Source of the DNA: a virus
Taxonomy: Duplodnaviria; Caudoviricetes
Direction: 5' to 3' (one strand)
DNA length: 64,000 bases
Virus record (IMG/VR): IMGVR_UViG_3300015607_004593
Coordinates: 1 to 64,000 of that record
The notes under the pieces are model-generated. The model did not search any database. It was given only the letters and a program-made list of their open reading frames with translations, and had not been told where the DNA came from. Of the stretch, positions 29,901-39,213 are shown in pieces (the first letter of the stretch is position 1; each line of letters opens with the position of its first letter). The position numbers were made by a program, and so were the translations under genes.

Positions 29901-32900
29901 AACATTTAAAATAATATCTTTTCCGTTCCAACCTTCACCAATAATAGCAGTAACATCATCTCCTTCAGACAAATCCTTTAATTTCTTTTCACCTTCAATA
30001 GTATGAATAACATGGTCAAGTGAACAAATTATTTCATTTCCATACTTTGATATTAATTTTGAAACAGATTTATTATTCTTAATAACATCAATAACAGTTA
30101 CAAATCCATTCTTTGTCCAAACCTTTGTTCCTTGTTTAATATCTTTAATTTTTACTAAACCATGTTCCGTTAAAACTAAAGTATCACCATATAAACATTG
30201 TGCTACTTCTCTTGTTGTATTTGAGTATCGTTCCATAAAAGGAACAACCCCGGTAGCTGTTATTGCAGCATTATTAACAGGTGAATCTTTTGGACGAATA
30301 TGAGATAAGTCTAATCCAACTCCACAATTGTGAATATTAACTAATCCAAAATTTCCTGAATAAAAATTATTAGTTTCTTCTACTTCTAAATCAATATAAT
30401 TTAATGATGTTTCATCATTTAAAATTGATGTTATAAAAATTCCCTGATTTATTTCATTATATTGTTGATTGTTAATAAGATTATTGTTTAATAATTCTAA
30501 TTTCTCAATTTTATCATCATTAACCATAAATGATTTAATTAGGTTAATAATATTAACTTCTGAACAATGAATCTTAATTCCATAAAGTTTATGATGCTTA
30601 GTATTCTTTGGAATTCTTTCAAAAGACTTAAATGATACTCCAATTGATGATAAAAATGACGACACACCATCAATAATAGATTTTGCACAAAGTTCTAATG
30701 AAATTTCATTTGAATCATTAATTGTTCCATCTGTATCAATTAAACCAGCAATAAATGGAATCCATAAATTATTTTGAACAATAAATGAAGGTATTTTTGC
30801 TGAATATGTTTTTCTTCCTGTTTGATTGTCAAAATATTTTTCAATAACATCATTTATATTAGAATGATTATTTGAATATTCCCAAACATCTACTTTATAA
30901 GCTTTCTGTTTAGATTTAATATAATTACTTTTTGATTCAGTTAATTCATTAAGAATATTTGCATAATGTTTTACTACATTTTCATTATTGTTTAAAATTC
31001 TCATACGAAGTTTCAAAGAAACATGTTCATTTGTCTCTTTGTCTGTTTTTTGTTTAATTTGTCCACAAGTTCCGTCACCAATATGTGAACCAATAAACCA
31101 ACCAATATTACTTAATGAAGTATCAAAATTTAATTTAATATCTTGAAGTTCAGGTTTTATTCCTACTTCACCCAAAGAAATGTCTCTTACATTCTTGTAT
31201 TCATAATTTTCATTTTTAATTAAAATAGGATGATTCTTTGAAGTCTTTAATTCAGTTCCATTACTAAAGATAATCTTTACTCTATCTTCTTCATTTACTT
31301 CAGACTTAAATTTATTCAATACTTTCTTAAATTCACTTTTCTTTTTTTGTAAATTAAACGATAAAATATAATCTCCAATTTCAACATCTTTTAATTTAAT
31401 GATTCCTTTTTCTAAAGTACAAACATAAGAATCTTCTTCTACACACCTACGTTTCATTAGGTGGGCAAGCTCTTGATCAAGTTGAAGAATCCCACCATAA
31501 GAATCGGAATTATTTCCGACAACGTTGCAATTATGACAAATTACATTGTTCACTACATAGGATTCATCATCTTCTACTGACAAATTATATACCCAACCAG
31601 TAAATTCCTTTTGTTCTTTTTTAAAGTTTTTTATTAGCCTGATAGTTTCAACATCATTACTTTCATCAATATAAGGGATAAGTCCATTAAATTCTAACTT
31701 TTTTTCTATTCTATCATCATCATAATTCTTTTTTGAATGTTGACGAAGTTCATTTGAAAGATAACCAGACAAATACATATTTGTTGCATCTTGATAATTT
31801 TTATTTTTTGCTAAGGTATTATTAAATACATATCCTAAAGATATTGCTAATGCTTGTAAATTATTAATAAGTGTTTTGTTTGTTATAGTTAATTTTATCG
31901 AACCATTTCTACAAACACAACCATTTGAATCAAGAACTCCTAATAAAAATGATTTTTTTATTTCATAAGAAGAATGCCAAATTAAATCAGGAATCTTTTT
32001 ATTTTCAAATCCTCTTCCACAAATTTCACTAAAAAAATCAGCAAGAATTTTATTACCTTTTCTAACATTATTAAAGTTTTGTTTATTAATATCACCGTTA
32101 ATATAAAAATCACATCCAAATTTATTTTCAAGAATTTGTTTGATAGTTAATAAATTTTTTTGATCTTTATTTGAAAAGGTTATAGTAATTCCTTTTAATT
32201 TCTCACCATCTTTATGATTTGAATATACACACCCATCTCCAATGAACACACCAAGAACATAAGCAAAGTTTTCATCGAGATTTATAAACCTATTGATAGA
32301 ATGACTATTTTTTTGTGAATTTGATCCCCATCTACCAATAAATTTTGTTTTTAATGAAATTTTAGATTGATCAAGAATAATTTCTTGATCATGTCTTTGT
32401 TTTACAAAATTTAAAAGATCAAATGTATAATCATTAGTTTCATGTTGAAAATTTAATAACATTAACTTTTGATTATTTTTAGATTCAACCCAAATACCAT
32501 TTCCATTATAAAATGGATGTTCAGGTGTCACTTCAATTGAATTTGTTAATAATGAAGAAGTATAAACATCTATATTTCCTTGATAATAACGGGACATAAC
32601 ATTTACAACAGCTTTCCATAATCCTTTATGTGAAAGAACAAAATCTCCAATTTTTACTTCTGAGATTTTTTTATATCCTTTATTTGTCAAAACAAAATTA
32701 TTTTCTGTGAAACAATTCCCTAATGAAGTCAAATGTTCATTGTTCCCGATTCCAGCCATGGGTGAACCTTGAGGAACAATGTATCTAAAATCCTTAAAGG
32801 TAGAATAAATTTCTTCTTCAGTTAAAGGATTATCGTATTTTTGTTCAATTCTAGCAAATTCCTTTGCCATTCTTTTGTGCATATCATCAGGAGATTTTTC

Positions 32901-33020
32901 TAATAAATTTCCTTCTTTATCTTTAAGAAGGTATTTGTTGACACAAACATCAGCAGCTAAAACATCATCATTAAAATAAGATTTTGTTGCTTTTAAAACT
33001 TCATCTCTTGAGTAAATCAT
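26982..33020 (-). CDS. nrdJ: Class II (B12-dependent) ribonucleotide reductase with three inteins; about 842 aa after splicing
   Basis: PQGSPM, SLGN|C, SGRRGAL, TNPCGEIPL, TIAPAGSVS, TSSGVEP, KGITVYRD, C-terminal CPECG...CQDCGWSKCG. Confidence 0.95.
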   Translation of the reverse strand: MIYSRDEVLKATKSYFNDDVLAADVCVNKYLLKDKEGNLLEKSPDDMHKRMAKEFARIEQKYDNPLTEEEIYSTFKDFRYIVPQGSPMAGIGNNEHLTSLGNCFTENNFVLTNKGYKKISEVKIGDFVLSHKGLWKAVVNVMSRYYQGNIDVYTSSLLTNSIEVTPEHPFYNGNGIWVESKNNQKLMLLNFQHETNDYTFDLLNFVKQRHDQEIILDQSKISLKTKFIGRWGSNSQKNSHSINRFINLDENFAYVLGVFIGDGCVYSNHKDGEKLKGITITFSNKDQKNLLTIKQILENKFGCDFYINGDINKQNFNNVRKGNKILADFFSEICGRGFENKKIPDLIWHSSYEIKKSFLLGVLDSNGCVCRNGSIKLTITNKTLINNLQALAISLGYVFNNTLAKNKNYQDATNMYLSGYLSNELRQHSKKNYDDDRIEKKLEFNGLIPYIDESNDVETIRLIKNFKKEQKEFTGWVYNLSVEDDESYVVNNVICHNCNVVGNNSDSYGGILQLDQELAHLMKRRCVEEDSYVCTLEKGIIKLKDVEIGDYILSFNLQKKKSEFKKVLNKFKSEVNEEDRVKIIFSNGTELKTSKNHPILIKNENYEYKNVRDISLGEVGIKPELQDIKLNFDTSLSNIGWFIGSHIGDGTCGQIKQKTDKETNEHVSLKLRMRILNNNENVVKHYANILNELTESKSNYIKSKQKAYKVDVWEYSNNHSNINDVIEKYFDNQTGRKTYSAKIPSFIVQNNLWIPFIAGLIDTDGTINDSNEISLELCAKSIIDGVSSFLSSIGVSFKSFERIPKNTKHHKLYGIKIHCSEVNIINLIKSFMVNDDKIEKLELLNNNLINNQQYNEINQGIFITSILNDETSLNYIDLEVEETNNFYSGNFGLVNIHNCGVGLDLSHIRPKDSPVNNAAITATGVVPFMERYSNTTREVAQCLYGDTLVLTEHGLVKIKDIKQGTKVWTKNGFVTVIDVIKNNKSVSKLISKYGNEIICSLDHVIHTIEGEKKLKDLSEGDDVTAIIGEGWNGKDIILNVNDYVSSFTNHSNRLNTDITFPNILDEEFAYFLGNCYGNGYTDNACEIEITSSWDEVIEKNKIIVKKLFNYDAKIQDKKTYKKLKIHSKLIVKFLQDDFCLKEKSHSIKFPEFLLTAKKEIVFSFISGFFDADGCFEKGKKSFSMTSTSKNFLLLIQQIFYSWGIRSKIHTKVRKNENWKTLYLLSIDGSQNQKLFYSLMVESIKVNSFPLQEKRNDWTSSIYTTKDFNTNAGKHDYISSSKQHLSYSVCVKLKEELGLDNKITLFKDYVETIEGMFDDELVEVYDLVLEKEHLFFGNCFYVHNSGRRGALLLSIDVKHPDAEDFIDAKLELKKVTGANISVKLSDEFLDAIVNKKPFIQKFPIDSDNPIISREIDPLPIWKKLVHNAWKSGEPGIFLWSKVISESPADCYSDEGFKTVTTNPCGEIPLAVGDACRLLLLNLYSFVEEPFTKRATFNFSLFEKHVEIAQRLMDDIVDLEEEKILKIIEKIKNHDPEELKIKLIELSLWNEIHHKLKSGRRTGLGITAEADMLAALGLRYATQEATEFSTLVHSKLAYYSLVSSVKMAEERGSFPIWNYEKEKDNPFLNRVLDLEEMPELRERYKTFGRRNISSLTIAPAGSVSLLTQTSSGVEPVISLYYVRRRKINPNDKTSTTHFIDELGDHWEEYNVVHPKFQDWATINHHCSYLDHLNKEEMIELIKLSPYYNSTANEIDPLEKVRMIGAIQQFVDHSISSTGNLPETASEDVVESYFFEAWKSGCKGITVYRDKCRSGVLLHSSSNEENKINIFKENHAPKRGKSLPCDIIRFSNKGDKWIGFLGLLDNKPYEVFTGPQEFVYIPSYVTEGKIVKEKSETLSKNIYNLVWVDKDGFVQEFKGLSRAFNREYWNIGRLVSGILRHGMPLPNVISLIDSLEIDNSESITNWKNGVKRMLKKYISEGTKVKGEVCPECGSHQFIYKEGCLSCQDCGWSKCG
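28992..30197 (-). mobile_element. NrdJ intein 3 (402 aa, LAGLIDADG endonuclease)
   Basis: Q|CLYGDT ... FISGFFDADG ... FYVHN|S. Confidence 0.93.
30327..31445 (-). mobile_element. NrdJ intein 2 (373 aa, LAGLIDADG endonuclease)
   Basis: R|CVEEDS ... FIAGLIDTDG ... VNIHN|C. Confidence 0.93.
31530..32714 (-). mobile_element. NrdJ intein 1 (395 aa, LAGLIDADG endonuclease)
   Basis: N|CFTENN ... VTPEHPF ... LGVFIGDG ... VICHN|C. Confidence 0.93.
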
Positions 33021-33064
33021 ATTTTTTTATTATTCCTAAAAAAGTAAATTTAAAGATAAATCTT

Positions 33065-33478
33065 CTAATAAAGTTGAATTATTTTGATTCCATTTCCTCT
33101 TAAGAAATCTAATCCTGATAAATCTCTATAAGAGTGTTTAAAATAAACTTCACTGATTCCTGAACCTAATATCATCCTTGAACAAGATGGACACGGGGAA
33201 TGGGTAATAAAAATACTAGAATCTTTTAATGAAATTCCTGTTTTTGCTGAAAAGAGAATAAGATTTTCTTCAGCATGAATAACAAAAGGAAGTGTTTTTC
33301 CTTCTGAATCTTCACAAACATTGTTCATTCCGGGTGGAGTTCCGTTGAACCCACAAAGAATAATTCTTTTTTCTTTTACAGCAACGCACCCTACTTTTAA
33401 TCGTTGTGCGTAAGATAAATTAGCCGTTTCAAAGGAAACGGCCATGAAATATTCTAACCATTTTTTTGATAAAGTCAT
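33065..33478 (-). CDS. cd: dCMP deaminase
   Basis: GFNG, HAEEN, PCPSC. Confidence 0.93.
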   Translation of the reverse strand: MTLSKKWLEYFMAVSFETANLSYAQRLKVGCVAVKEKRIILCGFNGTPPGMNNVCEDSEGKTLPFVIHAEENLILFSAKTGISLKDSSIFITHSPCPSCSRMILGSGISEVYFKHSYRDLSGLDFLRGNGIKIIQLY

Positions 33479-33505
33479 TTTTTTCTTAACATAAGTATTA
33501 TTTTT

Positions 33506-33730
33506 TTAATTTTCTTTTAAAACTTCTATGGTGCCATCTTCATAAAGGATGGTTGTTACTACAGGAACGATTGCTGAAATTTCAGCAAACTCTATGGAAG
33601 GTTCAAAGGAACAAATTGAAAATGAAAACGAATCTGAATTATTTATTTTTCTAATAGTAGATTCGGCATCTGTGAATACTCTAGCTTCAATAATAAATCT
33701 TTGATTCTTTGAACAAAAAGTATAAAACAT
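33506..33730 (-). CDS. Hypothetical protein
   Basis: 74-aa ORF with GAGGTG SD. Confidence 0.65.
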   Translation of the reverse strand: MFYTFCSKNQRFIIEARVFTDAESTIRKINNSDSFSFSICSFEPSIEFAEISAIVPVVTTILYEDGTIEVLKEN

Positions 33731-33760
33731 GATTTCACCTCTCTTTTTATTTTTTCTTTC

Positions 33761-34291
33761 TCAATTATCGGTAAATTTACCAAATATAATATTTTCTTTC
33801 GTGTTTAAAATAGTCTTAGATATTGTTTTATTTTCATCATTCTTATGGTTAAGAGAATATTCAGTTATTTCTTTAATAAAATTATCATAAGTTTCTTTTG
33901 TTTCTTTATTGCACTCTCCCATATAACTTATATCACTTCGTCTTAAGATAATATAATTATCTTCCATAAACTGATTAAATCTAACAAATTGTATGTTTAT
34001 ATCAGTATGACTTATAAATTCAAGTATACGAAGAGGTTCAAAGAACATAAGTTTAAAAGAATAATCTGCATAATTCTCTATCAAATCATCATCATCTACA
34101 ATGAATGTAGCAGAAATAAATTTTTCACCTGAATTTAATTGAACAAAATATATTCCAATAAATCCTTCTTTTTCATCAATTTCATCAATTTCATCGGTAA
34201 TATTTTCAATAATCTCATCATTCCTATCAACCACATCTTTTTCATGATTTTGTTTAATTAAAATCTCATTAAGATACTGTTCTATATTCAT
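33761..34291 (-). CDS. Acidic hypothetical protein (possible Sm-like fold)
   Basis: VQLNSGEKFISA motif; ATGA overlap with the upstream gene. Confidence 0.65.
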   Translation of the reverse strand: MNIEQYLNEILIKQNHEKDVVDRNDEIIENITDEIDEIDEKEGFIGIYFVQLNSGEKFISATFIVDDDDLIENYADYSFKLMFFEPLRILEFISHTDINIQFVRFNQFMEDNYIILRRSDISYMGECNKETKETYDNFIKEITEYSLNHKNDENKTISKTILNTKENIIFGKFTDN

Positions 34292-35019
34292 GTTCTAAAA
34301 TATTCTTTCCAAAGTGATGTTTTAAAAATATCTTCAGAGATTTCTGAAGTATGAAAATAATAAAAATCTGGTGTATAGAATATAATTTCATTTCCTGAAA
34401 GTAAAGCAGATTTTAAATCGTCTGACCTAAATGCAAGTTGGTCTAAAAGAGGAAAAATATCCTCATACTTTCCATCTTGAATATTTTTTATAATATCTTT
34501 ATTTCTTTTTAGGATTATTCTTAATTCCTTTCCTTCTTTCCTTGTAGGAAAGTTCCAATTCTCTTTCTCAGGTGAATTAGAAAGAACAATATTCTTTAAA
34601 AATAAATTTAGATTAGTAACAAGAGGAGACCAAAAGAATCTAAGGTTAAAGATAGGAAAAGCAAAGATACTTTCCTCAGTTAAAGATTTTGAAGTTGAAT
34701 AAGAAGGAAATGTTTTTACTTTAGTAAGTAAACGTCCTATCTTAGTTTTGTTAATGATAGTGTAATTATCTTTTTGAGAAAATCCAAAAAAATAATTTTG
34801 CCAAGAGAATGATTTTTCTCTTAAGGCTTCAGGAACAGAATAGAAACCATTACCCATCAAATAAATGAATTTTCTTGTTGCCTTCAATTCATGAAGCAAA
34901 AGAGGAGATACATATTTCCTAATTTGTTCAACGGCAAAATAAGTAAAGTCTTTTCTTTCATTCTCTTGGAAAGAAAGAAAAGACTGTTCAAATCCTTCAG
35001 GGATTATTTTTTTTATCAT
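34288..35019 (-). CDS. Hypothetical protein
   Basis: 243-aa ORF with ATGA overlaps at both ends. Confidence 0.7.
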   Translation of the reverse strand: MIKKIIPEGFEQSFLSFQENERKDFTYFAVEQIRKYVSPLLLHELKATRKFIYLMGNGFYSVPEALREKSFSWQNYFFGFSQKDNYTIINKTKIGRLLTKVKTFPSYSTSKSLTEESIFAFPIFNLRFFWSPLVTNLNLFLKNIVLSNSPEKENWNFPTRKEGKELRIILKRNKDIIKNIQDGKYEDIFPLLDQLAFRSDDLKSALLSGNEIIFYTPDFYYFHTSEISEDIFKTSLWKEYFRT

Positions 35020-35159
35020 ACATTTATTTTCTTTTTTCGGTCATAAGAACCTTTACCCTTTTTTGATTTAACAACAATCATCTGAAATCTAGGAGTCCTA
35101 AGACTCCTAGCAACAGGTGAACGCTTTGTTTTATACGAAGGCGAGTACCCCGTTTTCAT
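35016..35159 (-). CDS. arfA: ArfA-like alternative ribosome-rescue factor (47 aa; start uncertain)
   Basis: PVARSLRTPRFQMIVVKSKKGKGSYDRK matches the ArfA P.F...V...KKGKGSY.RK signature. Confidence 0.7.
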   Translation of the reverse strand: MKTGYSPSYKTKRSPVARSLRTPRFQMIVVKSKKGKGSYDRKKKINV

Positions 35160-35685
35160 TGTAATCATCGCAAATACCATCCTCTTCTTCATCATTCCAG
35201 TCATTTTTCTTTCTTGGATAAGAAAGATAGAGCTTTCCTATCATAGTATCTGAATCCGGTTTCAGTGTAAACCCGAATTGCTTGACAAGAGAGCATATTT
35301 TTCGATTGGAAACAAGACAAGACATTTCAACGAATTTTAATTCTAATTCTTTAGAAAGAGAAATAAGTTCAGACATAATCTTTTTTCCTAATCCTTTGTT
35401 TTGTTGATTATCATCTACAGATATTGCAATTTCTCCACCACCATTCATGTCCAAGGTCAATTGTCCTAATCCTATAACATTTTGGTTTCTATCTTGAAAT
35501 AGAATCCAATAATGATCAAATTTAAAGTTTGTCTTGAATGAAGAAACCCACTCAGAGAGCATTTCTTCAGACCTATAATTGAAGAATCTCTGTTGATTGG
35601 AATTTCTATTCAAACGAATGAAGTGATTAGCAACTGCATCACAATGACCTTTAAACGTTTCCTTCGTTAAAAGGATTTGTTTCAT
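35131..35685 (-). CDS. GNAT acetyltransferase
   Basis: EIAISVDDNQQNKGLGKK acetyl-CoA motif, N-x6-K-x-FGF; start set at MKQILL. Confidence 0.85.
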   Translation of the reverse strand: MKQILLTKETFKGHCDAVANHFIRLNRNSNQQRFFNYRSEEMLSEWVSSFKTNFKFDHYWILFQDRNQNVIGLGQLTLDMNGGGEIAISVDDNQQNKGLGKKIMSELISLSKELELKFVEMSCLVSNRKICSLVKQFGFTLKPDSDTMIGKLYLSYPRKKNDWNDEEEDGICDDYNENGVLAFV

Positions 35686-35727
35686 TATTAATTTTCCCAA
35701 TAATTGATAATGGTTGTGAAGGTAGTA

Positions 35728-35892
35728 TTACAGGGGTTTTAGTTCTTTTTTCTCTTCTTTCGGTGCGGGTTTTAGAACCCACAACGCAATAGATAAAAGA
35801 ACTATATTTCCTATGGTTAAAGTTCCAGTCCTGAAGAACTTTACACCAAGAAAAATTATGATGAAAATTGCTATAAGTTCTAAGATTAACAT
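35728..35892 (-). CDS. 54-aa two-helix membrane protein (not in ORF track)
   Basis: MLILELIAIFIIIFLGVKFFRTGTLTIGNIVLLSIALWVLKPAPKEEKKELKPL; first gene after the promoter TTTACA-N17-TATAAT at 35936..35964. Confidence 0.65.
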   Translation of the reverse strand: MLILELIAIFIIIFLGVKFFRTGTLTIGNIVLLSIALWVLKPAPKEEKKELKPL

Positions 35893-35979
35893 TTTCTTCT
35901 CACTTTCAAAGTTACTTTACACTTTTGATACATGAATTATAACACAGGCTTACGAAGATGTAAAATTTGAGGATGGAAA

Positions 35980-37188
35980 TTACCTCAACAATGCTGCAAC
36001 CGCGTCTGGATTTTCAGCCCAATGTACTTTTACACACTCTTCTATAACTTTAATAAATTCTTTTTTTGCTTGAAGCTCATTTAAAACTAAATTTGATGCC
36101 CTTATTTTTTCTGAAAATTTCTCTAATTCAGGAACTGGTTTTCTTTTTGTAGTTATGAGATTTCTCATTCCTGAGAGAATCATAATGGTTTCAATTTTAG
36201 ATGTATTTTCTTTAAAATCAACATAAAGAAGATAATGAGGCGCGTCTATATTTGTAGAAGAAAGAGAGAAAATTAAACTTGTATGTCCTGATTTTTCAAT
36301 AGAAAGAGTAATATTAGGATTTAGATTTACACTTTTTCCATGACAAAGATTAACTTTCCAAGACTTTAACATCTCAGGAAGAATAACATTTACAGGAGAA
36401 ATAGATTTTATTGTTGATTGAGCTTCTAAGAAAAAAGTTCTCAATCCATAAGTAGATGAAGAATTGAAAAGAGTTTCTTTTGCACCTTTCAATAATCGTG
36501 CAGAAGCAGCAAAAATAAATTTTGATGTATAATCATTAATATAATTTTTATTAGAAATGGTATCTCTTCTTTCACCTTTCAAAATAGAATTTATCCCGGC
36601 AATAGCTTGATTTCCTTTCCCAATAAAATCAAAGAAACAAACAAGATTTAAATTTTTAGGAGATTCTTTTTCTAAAAGAAGAGAAGATGAAAAAGAATTA
36701 AATGCACCAGACCCGGATAAAGAAACAACTAAGAAAGAATCAACATTAAAATTATTCTGTAAAAATTGAATAATTGGCGGCATAGATTTATCTGTTCTCT
36801 TTCCTTCAAAGACTTTTCTTAGAACAAGGTAAAAGGGTTCTTCTTCTAATTTTATTTTTGCATTTGTATCAAGATGATAAAATGATGAAAGTTTTTTCTT
36901 AATATCTTCAGAAAAGAAAACTCTAGCAACTAATGACTCTCCATTATCTTTTACTTGTAATTTTTCAAATCTAAGGTCTGTTGAATTAAACTTCGTAGGA
37001 AGATTAGGATAATTTTCTCTCAGAGTTTTAATTTCTTCATAATGAAATCTCATATATTTTTTTGCAGACATATACTTATCTGCAAAATCCTGAGACATTA
37101 AAGAATGAGCAACAATAGATAAACCAGTACCTACAGTTACCCTTGCCAATTTCCCTAATGATGAAGCAATCGCATTTGAAACAGCCAT
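35980..37188 (-). CDS. Hypothetical late protein (possibly virion-associated)
   Basis: 402 aa; TATAAATA at 37236..37243. Confidence 0.7.
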   Translation of the reverse strand: MAVSNAIASSLGKLARVTVGTGLSIVAHSLMSQDFADKYMSAKKYMRFHYEEIKTLRENYPNLPTKFNSTDLRFEKLQVKDNGESLVARVFFSEDIKKKLSSFYHLDTNAKIKLEEEPFYLVLRKVFEGKRTDKSMPPIIQFLQNNFNVDSFLVVSLSGSGAFNSFSSSLLLEKESPKNLNLVCFFDFIGKGNQAIAGINSILKGERRDTISNKNYINDYTSKFIFAASARLLKGAKETLFNSSSTYGLRTFFLEAQSTIKSISPVNVILPEMLKSWKVNLCHGKSVNLNPNITLSIEKSGHTSLIFSLSSTNIDAPHYLLYVDFKENTSKIETIMILSGMRNLITTKRKPVPELEKFSEKIRASNLVLNELQAKKEFIKVIEECVKVHWAENPDAVAALLR

Positions 37189-37296
37189 TAAAAACCCCTT
37201 TCTTTCTTTTTAATTTTTTTTAGAAACTATAAAAATATTTATAGTTTTTTCAAAAATCAAAAGAAAGAAAGGGGTAATTAAAAAAAGAATTATTTT

Positions 37297-37740
37297 TTAA
37301 AGAACTTTAAACTCTTTAGAAAATTTGTAAATAAAATTATCGAACAAATTTTCCTGAAATTTTTCTCTATTTTCTTTTAAATAGAGTTCTGTATCATCAA
37401 TCATCTTTCTATATTCTTCAATCAAAGTAACATCCTCAATAAAATACCATTTTTCCAAATACTCCTTTATAAATTGATGAAAACAAACCAATTTTTTGAT
37501 ATACGGCGGTGTTTTAAATTGACTCATATTATCTAAGTAAATGAAAGTATTAATAAACATTTCTTCCTCTAATACTCTAATCCTTTTGTTTTTAGAAAAC
37601 CAAAAACGTGGTCGTATATCATCTAACTTATTATAAACTTTCATTTTAAAACATGAAATCCTGTGATTAATGTTATAAAGTTCCTTCTCGATTACCTTTC
37701 CAATTATTTCACATCTTTCATTCGTCATCTTTAATGTCAT
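37297..37740 (-). CDS. Hypothetical protein
   Basis: ORF track. Confidence 0.65.
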   Translation of the reverse strand: MTLKMTNERCEIIGKVIEKELYNINHRISCFKMKVYNKLDDIRPRFWFSKNKRIRVLEEEMFINTFIYLDNMSQFKTPPYIKKLVCFHQFIKEYLEKWYFIEDVTLIEEYRKMIDDTELYLKENREKFQENLFDNFIYKFSKEFKVL

Positions 37741-37760
37741 GGTTGTATCTCTAACCTTTC

Positions 37761-38261
37761 TTAAATTGTTTCTTCGAGAGAAATGTCAAGGTAATTTCTT
37801 GACATGAATTTAATGAATAAAGCAAAACAATCATTAGATAAATCATTTATCCAATTTGTGCGGTATCTTTCTATAGTTTTTTTCGGATGAGTGAATATCT
37901 CATTTTCACTTTCCGAAAATTTAACAACAATATATTCTTTCCCTTTACTTAATCTTGCATCTAAAAATTGAGATAGTACATTACTCCAAGAGTGCAAATA
38001 AGAAGGAAATAAAAATTTTTCTTTATTACTATCCACGAATAAGCTGATAAATTCTTTTTGTTGTTTAAGATTTTCAGATATACACCATTCACTTATAAAG
38101 AAACTATTAATCTTAGAGTCAAAAATACTTTCAATTCTCCTTATAAAAATATCCCTTAAGTAAAAGGAATTAATTAAACTAATTTCATGACAATAAACAT
38201 CTGAAAGAATAGATGATTGTAATTCAGCAAAAGAAACAAACAAACGATATTCAATCTTCAT
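37761..38261 (-). CDS. Hypothetical protein
   Basis: ORF track. Confidence 0.65.
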   Translation of the reverse strand: MKIEYRLFVSFAELQSSILSDVYCHEISLINSFYLRDIFIRRIESIFDSKINSFFISEWCISENLKQQKEFISLFVDSNKEKFLFPSYLHSWSNVLSQFLDARLSKGKEYIVVKFSESENEIFTHPKKTIERYRTNWINDLSNDCFALFIKFMSRNYLDISLEETI

Positions 38262-38347
38262 TTTTTCACACTCAAGGTTTACAAGAAAAACAACACGAAA
38301 AAGGTATGGGTTCTATCCCTATACCTTTTCTATTTTAAAAACTACAC

Positions 38348-38995
38348 TTATCCGACGCTTTTACGAAGTTCGGTTACTGTTTTCCCCGTGTTCTGCATTA
38401 ACTCATTCAACCATTCGGGGATTCTTCCCGCCTTGTAAATTTGGTCGGGGTTGTTGGGATTTACAATCGGACTCCATGCAGTTTCTCCAAAATTCCGTTG
38501 CGCCTTTTCACCACTTGAATGTTTCAAGGAAGTGGTATGATTAGCATGTTGACCGGAGAGTGAATGAAGTTCTTCATTCAACTTAGCCATCGCTTCCTTG
38601 ATGTCATTTATCCTTTTCATTTTTAATGTCTCTAATCTTTCATTTGCTAACTCTATGAAGTTTTCAATCTCCTCAAGCTCAAATGACATTAGCATTTGAA
38701 TCATCGGATTTTTTGTATCAACAATTGAATCAGTTGCCGGTTCAACTACTGATTCAACTACCGATTCAACAACCACTTCAGTTGCCGGTTCAACTACTGA
38801 TTCAACTACCGATTCAACAACCACTTCAGTTGCCGGTTCAACTACTGATTCAGTTGCCGAAATTGTATCAAAGATTAATTGATCAACTTCTGCTTCAGTT
38901 AGAGACACAAATCGGTCATCAAACTGCCGCTCAAACGGCACCATTTCTTTGGTCTTGGATTGAGTCTTGGTTTGAGTCTTGGTTTGGGCTTTCAT
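38348..38995 (-). CDS. H-NS-family-like protein with internal tandem repeats
   Basis: Coiled coil ELEEIENFIELANERLETLK followed by NPNNPDQIYKAGRIPEWL, similar to the H-NS C-terminal NP..P..TW.G.GR.P.WL; own promoter at 39042..39070. Confidence 0.65.
   Translation of the reverse strand: MKAQTKTQTKTQSKTKEMVPFERQFDDRFVSLTEAEVDQLIFDTISATESVVEPATEVVVESVVESVVEPATEVVVESVVESVVEPATDSIVDTKNPMIQMLMSFELEEIENFIELANERLETLKMKRINDIKEAMAKLNEELHSLSGQHANHTTSLKHSSGEKAQRNFGETAWSPIVNPNNPDQIYKAGRIPEWLNELMQNTGKTVTELRKSVG
38730..38859. repeat. 48-bp coding tandem repeat (~2.5 copies; VVEPATEVVVESVVES)
   Basis: CAGTTGCCGGTTCAACTACTGATTCA at 38731, 38779 and 38827. Confidence 0.95.
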
Positions 38996-39041
38996 CGTAT
39001 TCTCCTACTTCTTAGGTTGATTGTTTTGCTACGGTGAAAAC

Positions 39042-39070
39042 ATTATAGATGATCCTTTTACAAAATACAA
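39042..39070 (-). promoter_or_regulatory. Sigma70-type early promoter
   Basis: TTGTAT-N17-TATAATGTTTTCAC (same downstream motif as at 26745). Confidence 0.7.
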
Positions 39071-39213
39071 CTATCATCAATGTTTTTTTATTGTTGTACT
39101 AAAACAACAAAAATCAATACACTATTGATTTTTAAAACAATTTAAGGAAATAAAAAATCTACCTTCAAAAAATAATTATGAAGGTAGATTTTTCAAAGGA
39201 AAAATTTTAAAAA

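Noticed and set aside
38683-39015. Plus-strand 110-aa Q/L/P-rich ORF
   Set aside because: Antisense shadow of the 48-bp repeat
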